From: Acidimicrobium sp. BACL17 MAG-120823-bin42
GTDB lineage: Bacteria > Actinomycetota > Acidimicrobiia > Acidimicrobiales > Ilumatobacteraceae
DNA length: 32,953 nucleotides
Direction of reading: 5' to 3'
NCBI GenBank assembly: GCA_001438985.1
Contig: LIAZ01000001.1
Location: 1-32,953 of the forward strand
Positions within the stretch are counted from its first letter, which is position 1. Each line of letters begins with the position of its first letter. A program made the position numbers and the translations under genes. Below the pieces are notes generated by a model. It was not told the origin of the DNA, ran no database searches, and saw only the letters and a program-made list of their open reading frames with translations. This document shows, in pieces, positions 27,801 through 32,953 of this stretch.

Positions 27801-28541
27801 TCAGCCGCTTAACCCACCATAGATACTGCTCAATGCACCAAAACTGAGCAGAAGCAAGACCGCGTTTCTAAAACGCAACGGATCAATGCGTTTCCTTACG
27901 ACTCGTCCTATCAGCACGCCTACCACCATCACAGGCAACACAACCGTTGCCAGCATTAAGTCCGTTATCGCAATTTCACCAAATATCGCAAAGAGCGCAA
28001 TTCCGTAGAGGCCACTAACCAAAAAGATCATGTTCAAGGTTGCCCGAAAAACTTCGGGAGAGCTTCTGCGAGCCTGTAAAGCAAAAACTAACGGTGGGCC
28101 ATTGGTTGATGTGGACGTCAACAAAATACCGCTAATAATTCCCATGGCCCAATCAAGTCCGATATGGGCCTCGGATAGGTCGCTACCTCGAGACAACAAC
28201 AGCACTCCGAACAAGACCCCACACCCAAGAATGATTTTCAACACATCTTGGTTGGCGTAGATAAATACCGCAAGTCCCGCCGGTGCACCAAGAAATGAAG
28301 CGTACAGAAAACGTTTCACCTGAACTGTGTCTTGATCTTTACGCAAATCCCTGAATTGAAACACGTTGTTTGACGTTCCGATCAGTGAAGCAAGTATCAC
28401 TGCTGGTTGAAGCTCAATGACTTGAATGAGCAAAGGCACGGCTAGAAGCGCAAACCCAAAACCCACGACCGATTGCACAAACGCTGTGATTAATACGATT
28501 CCAGTGATAAAAACGAGCTCGATAACAGTGAGATCAATCAT
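27801..28541 (-). CDS. TauE/SafE-family anion exporter (sulfite/organosulfonate exporter family)
   Basis: 246-aa polytopic membrane protein with an internally repeated 4-TM architecture and VVGFGFALLAVPLL. Its ATG overlaps the stop of the upstream aminotransferase (ATGA at 28538-28541). Confidence 0.75.
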   Translation of the reverse strand: MIDLTVIELVFITGIVLITAFVQSVVGFGFALLAVPLLIQVIELQPAVILASLIGTSNNVFQFRDLRKDQDTVQVKRFLYASFLGAPAGLAVFIYANQDVLKIILGCGVLFGVLLLSRGSDLSEAHIGLDWAMGIISGILLTSTSTNGPPLVFALQARRSSPEVFRATLNMIFLVSGLYGIALFAIFGEIAITDLMLATVVLPVMVVGVLIGRVVRKRIDPLRFRNAVLLLLSFGALSSIYGGLSG

Positions 28542-29881
28542 TCGACCAATACTTTTACAGCTTGCTCAAAAATCTCGGAATGCTGGTCAACATTTGCCTC
28601 ACTGTGATGCGGTGTCATCAACGCCATATTGTGAAATGGTGTGAGGAGCACTCCCCTGTTGAGTGCCCACAGATGCATAAATGATTCAAGTGCATCATCC
28701 ACCGTTGCGGCGGCCTGAGCCCCATTAGTCGGGTGTTCTGCAAACCAATACTCTGCACGACAACCCAGCTGCTGGACAGTCCATGGAAGCGAGTAACGAT
28801 TGATAACTGATTGCACCGCCTCGCTCCAACGCGTTGCGAGTGGAATCGATATCGCAAAATCCTCTTCTCTCAGCGAATGTTGCAAGGTTGCTTTCATCGC
28901 TGCAGCACTTAGCGCACTACCACTCAGGGTTCCACCTATTCCAGAAACGTCAAGGTCATGTCCTTTCATCAGCATCTCAACTCGACTCGCAACATGTTGA
29001 GACATGCCATAGGCAGCAACAGGAACTCCTCCACCGATGGTTTTTCCGATCACCAGCATGTCTGGTTCAATCCCCCATAACCGTGAGGCCCCATTTGGTC
29101 CAGCGCAGATCGTGTGTGTTTCATCCATAATTAACAGCACGTCATATTGGGTTGTAAGACGGCGCACACCCTCAAGGTATCCAAGGGCGGGAAGAACAAT
29201 TCCAATATTTGTCAGTGCTGGTTCCATCAGAACGCACGCAACATCACCTATTTTCAAGGCGTCTTCCAACGCACCCAAATCGTTAAACGGAACTGCTCGC
29301 GTTGTTATCTCGGGGTTAACTTGAGGACCGATTGCACCAGGTCGGCTCACTGTCTTGTTGTTCTCATCAAGAATCACCAACGTTTCATCAACTGTTCCGT
29401 GATAACACCAGTCGTTGACCACAACTTTGCTTCGCCCGGTCAATTGTCTGGCAATACGCAGGCTAAATCGATTCGCATCAGTAGCGCTTAAACAAAACTG
29501 CCATTTTGGCAATCCGAACCGACTTGATAGATGATCGGCTACCCACGCGATGTCCTGCGACGGCAACATAGTTGTCAAACCAATACGAGATTGAGAACTA
29601 ATCGCCGCTGACACTTCCGGGGAAGAATGGCCAATCATTGCCCCCGTATCACCCAAACAAAAATCGACGTAGACATTGCCATCGATGTCAGTAATCGACC
29701 CGCCTGCGGCATTGGCCGCCACGATCGGAAATGGACCCGCCCAACGTTTCATCCATGGCATGGGCACCCCCGCAAGGAGGGAACCTGTGCTGTTCTTTGA
29801 TTGATCTTTGGACTTGGGATGACTCTTTTCAAACAGATTGATTTCTTGGTTCAGCAATTCAGGCAGACGCGGAAACAACAT
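28538..29881 (-). CDS. Class-III (GSAM-like) PLP-dependent aminotransferase
   Basis: DFCLGDTGAMIGHS, LIMDETHT and the PLP-lysine context LVIGKTIGGGVP are typical of the glutamate-1-semialdehyde-aminomutase-like subgroup. The preferred start is the ATG at 29881; the track TTG start at 29911 is possible. Confidence 0.85.
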   Translation of the reverse strand: MLFPRLPELLNQEINLFEKSHPKSKDQSKNSTGSLLAGVPMPWMKRWAGPFPIVAANAAGGSITDIDGNVYVDFCLGDTGAMIGHSSPEVSAAISSQSRIGLTTMLPSQDIAWVADHLSSRFGLPKWQFCLSATDANRFSLRIARQLTGRSKVVVNDWCYHGTVDETLVILDENNKTVSRPGAIGPQVNPEITTRAVPFNDLGALEDALKIGDVACVLMEPALTNIGIVLPALGYLEGVRRLTTQYDVLLIMDETHTICAGPNGASRLWGIEPDMLVIGKTIGGGVPVAAYGMSQHVASRVEMLMKGHDLDVSGIGGTLSGSALSAAAMKATLQHSLREEDFAISIPLATRWSEAVQSVINRYSLPWTVQQLGCRAEYWFAEHPTNGAQAAATVDDALESFMHLWALNRGVLLTPFHNMALMTPHHSEANVDQHSEIFEQAVKVLVE

Positions 29882-29933
29882 GAATACATTCTTATTGACG
29901 ACGAGGTGCAAACTGAACTTCTACACTGACTAC

Positions 29934-31169
29934 ATGCCTGCACCACAAGTCAATGGCTCGCGCCTCATGGAACGGATCATGGCCTTAGCCGAGATATCTC
30001 CTATCCCTGGAGGAGGCAATTGTCGTCTGGCGTTAACTGATGAAGACAAACTCGGCCGTGATCTGGTAGTTACCTGGATGACTGATTTAGGTCTTCATGT
30101 CAGCATTGACGCAATCGGAAACATTGTAGGAACGTGGGAGGTTGGCTCAGGTGCTCCTGTAATGACGGGGTCGCATATTGACACGGTGAAAACCGGTGGA
30201 AAGTACGACGGGAATTACGGAGTCCTCGCAGGTTTGGAAGTCATCGAAACATGTCAACAATTGGGCATCGCTCCTCAGCGGCCACTTGCAGTCGCAATTT
30301 TTACCGACGAAGAAGGTGCGCGTTTTGCTCCGGACATGCTTGGTTCACTGGTGTATGTGGGTGGCATGTCAGTGGAGGAAGCTCTTGACATTCGCGCCAT
30401 TGATGGCCCGCGATTGGGCGATGAACTCGAGCGAATTGGATACGCCGGCAGTATTCCATGCCCTCAACCATCCCCTCATGCATTCGTCGAATTACATATC
30501 GAACAGGGTCCGATACTTGAATCCCGCAATATTCGAATCGGTGCAGTGACCGGCGTTCAGGGAATTTCTTGGACGGAAGTGACCATTATTGGTCAAAGCA
30601 ACCACGCAGGAACAACGCCTATGAACCTAAGACGCGACCCCGTTGTCGCATGTTCGGAAATTGGAAAGTTTGTCCATGATCTCGCATTGAGATACAGCGG
30701 AAATCAAGTTTGCACAGTTGGCAAGATCGACATCCATCCCAACCTTGTCAATGTTGTGCCTTCACAGGTGGTCATGACTTTAGATGTACGCAATACCGAC
30801 GAAGGCTTGCTGCAACAGGCTGAAGCAGAAATATCTCGCTTCATCGTCCAAATGGCCGAACGGGAAAACTTGGTGATTAATACGAGAACCTTGTCGCGTT
30901 TTGAACCTGTTGTTTTTGATACACGCGTTATTGACATCATTGCCAACCATGCATCAAGCCAAGGCAATTCAGTGGATTATCTCCCCTCGGGGGCAGGTCA
31001 TGACGCACAAATGCTCGCGCGCGTATGCCCCACAGCCATGATCTTTACTCAGAGCCAAAACGGACTCAGCCACAACCCAGCGGAGTACACGTCGCCCGAA
31101 GACCTCGAGGCTGGAGCAAACGTATTACTTGCGACCATGCTCACACTGTGCGAAACGTCTTTCGATTAA
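29934..31169 (+). CDS. M20-family amidase of the allantoate amidohydrolase / N-carbamoyl-L-amino-acid hydrolase / beta-ureidopropionase group
   Basis: Motifs are GSHIDTV, FTDEEGARF, SNHAGTTPM and PSGAGHDAQ. The preferred ATG at 29934 (MPAPQVNGSRLMERIMALAEI...) matches the family N-terminus. The track ORF starts at 29838. Confidence 0.85.
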   Translation: MPAPQVNGSRLMERIMALAEISPIPGGGNCRLALTDEDKLGRDLVVTWMTDLGLHVSIDAIGNIVGTWEVGSGAPVMTGSHIDTVKTGGKYDGNYGVLAGLEVIETCQQLGIAPQRPLAVAIFTDEEGARFAPDMLGSLVYVGGMSVEEALDIRAIDGPRLGDELERIGYAGSIPCPQPSPHAFVELHIEQGPILESRNIRIGAVTGVQGISWTEVTIIGQSNHAGTTPMNLRRDPVVACSEIGKFVHDLALRYSGNQVCTVGKIDIHPNLVNVVPSQVVMTLDVRNTDEGLLQQAEAEISRFIVQMAERENLVINTRTLSRFEPVVFDTRVIDIIANHASSQGNSVDYLPSGAGHDAQMLARVCPTAMIFTQSQNGLSHNPAEYTSPEDLEAGANVLLATMLTLCETSFD

Positions 31170-31193
31170 CCATCGACAATTAGGCTGATTGGT

Positions 31194-32120
31194 ATGGCAA
31201 GAATCATTACCGTTGCTGCGGCTCAGATGGGTCCGATACAACGGGACCACACGCGAGAATCCTGTGTAGAAAGACTGATAACACTGTTACGCATTGCTCA
31301 CGACAAGGGCGCTGAACTTGTGGTATTCCCCGAACTTGCTCTCACCACATTTTTCCCTAGGTGGTTTGTCGATGATATTTCGCAAGCACATCACTGGTAT
31401 GAAACATCGATGCCAAATAAGAACACTCAGCCATTATTCGATGAAGCAAAACGACTCGGAATTGGTTTTTGCCTCGGCTATGCAGAGCTCACCGAAGCTG
31501 GCGAACGGTTTAACACACAAATCTTGGTTGATGCGCAAGGCAACACAGTCGCCAAGTATCGCAAGGTGCATATACCAGGGCATGCTGAACACGAACCGGA
31601 TCGACCATTTCAACATGCCGAGCGTTACTACTTCACTCCAAGCGATGAAGGTTTCGGCGTATGGAAGGCGTTTGGTGGCCGAATTGGAATGATGATCTGC
31701 AACGATCGACGCTGGCCCGAGTCGTACCGCGAAATGGGGCTACAGGGTGTCGAGATGATCTTGTGTGGTTACAACACGCCACTTCATTACGTGCCAGATC
31801 CATCGCAGGATCCACTCGCGGGGTTCCATAATTCACTCGTCATGCAAAGTGGCGCATATCAGAACGGCACCTTTGTTGTTGGTGTTGCCAAAGGCGGCGT
31901 TGAAGAGGGTGTCGACAGCCTCGCTGAGTCAACGATCATTGGTCCATCAGGAGAGATCCTGGCCAAAACCGTCACCTCTGCAGACGAAGTTGTCGTTGCT
32001 CGATGCGACCTTGATTGGTGCTACCAATACAAGAACACACTGTTTGACTTCGATCGATATCGCCGACCCGAGGTGTACACGCGAATCACCGCCCAACGTG
32101 GCGCCATTATTGCCGACTGA
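31194..32120 (+). CDS. Nitrilase-superfamily N-carbamoyl-D-amino-acid hydrolase (DCase)-like amidohydrolase
   Basis: The Glu-Lys-Cys triad contexts are FPELALTTFFPRWF, KYRKVHIPGH and MMICNDRRWPE. These, and much of the rest, closely resemble the Agrobacterium DCase sequence as I recall it. 308 aa. Confidence 0.85.
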   Translation: MARIITVAAAQMGPIQRDHTRESCVERLITLLRIAHDKGAELVVFPELALTTFFPRWFVDDISQAHHWYETSMPNKNTQPLFDEAKRLGIGFCLGYAELTEAGERFNTQILVDAQGNTVAKYRKVHIPGHAEHEPDRPFQHAERYYFTPSDEGFGVWKAFGGRIGMMICNDRRWPESYREMGLQGVEMILCGYNTPLHYVPDPSQDPLAGFHNSLVMQSGAYQNGTFVVGVAKGGVEEGVDSLAESTIIGPSGEILAKTVTSADEVVVARCDLDWCYQYKNTLFDFDRYRRPEVYTRITAQRGAIIAD

Positions 32121-32193
32121 TTTTTACATTCTGTAAATCTCAAACCCAATGGGTGTATGGTTTAGAGAGAAACAGGGCATGTGGGGGTTAAAC

Positions 32194-32953
32194 ATGAGCG
32201 AGGCCACGAAGACACACCAGATCGGGTTTGTTGTCAACGGTGTACCCGTGCGCGTCCGCTCTCACCATCCGCATCTTTTGTCAGCGTTGCGCGACGAACT
32301 CAACATCACATCTCCAAAAGATGGGTGCTCGCCGAGCGGACAATGTGGTTGTTGCACTGTACTGGTCAATGGCAAAGCCGTCGTGAGTTGCCAAATAAGT
32401 CTTGACAAAGTATCGGGTGGCGAAGTGATCACGCTTGAAGGAGTTGATGAGAACGAGCGCCAGAAATATGCAAATGCTTTTGCAGCTTGTGGCGGTCTGC
32501 AATGCGGTTTCTGCATTCCGGGCATCGTTGTTCGGGCAAAAGCCCAAGTTGATAAAAAGGGTGCATCGCTGAAGCGAGAAGATATGGCGCGACACCTTGG
32601 CGCACACCTATGTCGCTGCACCGGCTATGTAAAGATTCTCGATGCAATTGAAATGGTCGCAACTGGCCAAGCTCCATACTGCGAACCTGTCGGCGGAGTT
32701 GGCTCTCGCAGCGTTAAGTATGAAGCTCAACAACTCGCACTTGGCGATCGAGGTTATGTCGATGACATTCGCATCGATGGCATGCAACACGCCGCATTGC
32801 ACCTCACCTCGCATGCTCGCGCACGAGTAATTAATATTGATGCCACAGCAGCTCTCGCTCATCCGAATGTAACCGCCGTGCTGACAGCAGCAGATGTTCC
32901 AGGTGAGCTCATGGTGGGGATTATTTATAAGGACTGGCCAGTGATGATTCCGG
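32194..32953 (+). CDS. Xanthine-dehydrogenase-family oxidoreductase, fused [2Fe-2S] and molybdopterin-binding subunit (3' end outside the window)
   Basis: This ORF is not in the supplied track because it has no stop before the window end. My translation from the ATG at 32194 (GGGGG 6 nt upstream) is MSEATKTHQIGFVVNGVPV...DGCSPSGQCGCCTV...CGFCIPG...CRCTGY. It continues without a stop into VGSRSVKYEAQQLALGDRGYVDDIRIDGMQHAALHLTSHARARVINID...PNVTAVLTAADVPG, which is the N-terminus of the Ald_Xan_dh large subunit. I found no in-frame stop in 253 codons. Confidence 0.85.
   Translation, partial: MSEATKTHQIGFVVNGVPVRVRSHHPHLLSALRDELNITSPKDGCSPSGQCGCCTVLVNGKAVVSCQISLDKVSGGEVITLEGVDENERQKYANAFAACGGLQCGFCIPGIVVRAKAQVDKKGASLKREDMARHLGAHLCRCTGYVKILDAIEMVATGQAPYCEPVGGVGSRSVKYEAQQLALGDRGYVDDIRIDGMQHAALHLTSHARARVINIDATAALAHPNVTAVLTAADVPGELMVGIIYKDWPVMIP

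Noticed and set aside
32123-32137. Inverted repeat TTTACA-ttc-TGTAAA between the DCase-like gene and the Mo-oxidoreductase gene. I considered it a possible operator or terminator.
   Set aside because: It is only 6 bp, entirely AT-rich and a single copy. Nothing distinguishes it from a chance match.
32181-32862. Track ORFs 32181-32405 (+), 32262-32621 (-), 32281-32607 (-), 32429-32677 (-), 32608-32862 (-) and 32642-32830 (+).
   Set aside because: All are out of frame with, or antisense to, the open-ended frame starting at 32194. That frame carries unmistakable [2Fe-2S] and molybdopterin-subunit motifs.

Overview
Densely packed chromosomal segment, roughly 95-97% coding from my tally of intergenic gaps and about 50% GC by eye. 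It looks like a streamlined Actinomycetota genome: tkt-tal synteny, a GuaB1-type IMPDH paralogue, a DUF3151-like protein, CtaA, and several starts with a TANNNT -10 box only 6-11 nt upstream (leaderless or short-leader style). The taxonomic placement is inference. I call 37 CDSs, one intragenic domain-repeat block and one clear bidirectional rho-independent terminator. I find no rRNA, tRNA, CRISPR, transposase/integrase or recognisable phage-defence genes. The left two thirds is housekeeping: tkt, tal, LOG-family protein, typA, rnd, rhodanese, mobA, M18 aminopeptidase, plsC, cmk, guaB1-type, tsaC/sua5, a Liv/HAAT-type ABC importer, ctaA, an M23 peptidase and panBC. The right ~7 kb looks accessory and catabolic. 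It holds a ProA-like aldehyde dehydrogenase, an MBL hydrolase, a TauE/SafE exporter and a GSAM-like class-III aminotransferase. It also holds an M20 carbamoylase-type amidase, an N-carbamoyl-D-amino-acid-hydrolase-like nitrilase and a fused 2Fe-2S/molybdopterin oxidoreductase. That last gene is missing from the supplied ORF track because it runs off the window end. Three items seem most worth follow-up. (1) The ABC importer's lipoprotein solute-binding protein appears circularly permuted, with the family's C-terminal third placed directly behind the lipobox and the N-terminal two thirds at the end. (2) The cognate LivH-like permease carries a signal peptide plus a ~110-aa beta-sandwich-like extracytoplasmic domain. 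(3) Tandem carbamoylases of two unrelated folds sit with a transaminase-exporter pair and a Mo-hydroxylase next to panBC, which suggests an uncharacterised N-carbamoyl/beta-amino-acid or N-heterocycle pathway. All functional calls come from motif and family recognition by eye; no database search was run. Many track ORFs are over-extended at the 5' end (longest ATG/GTG/TTG), so I give preferred starts where the sequence supports them.
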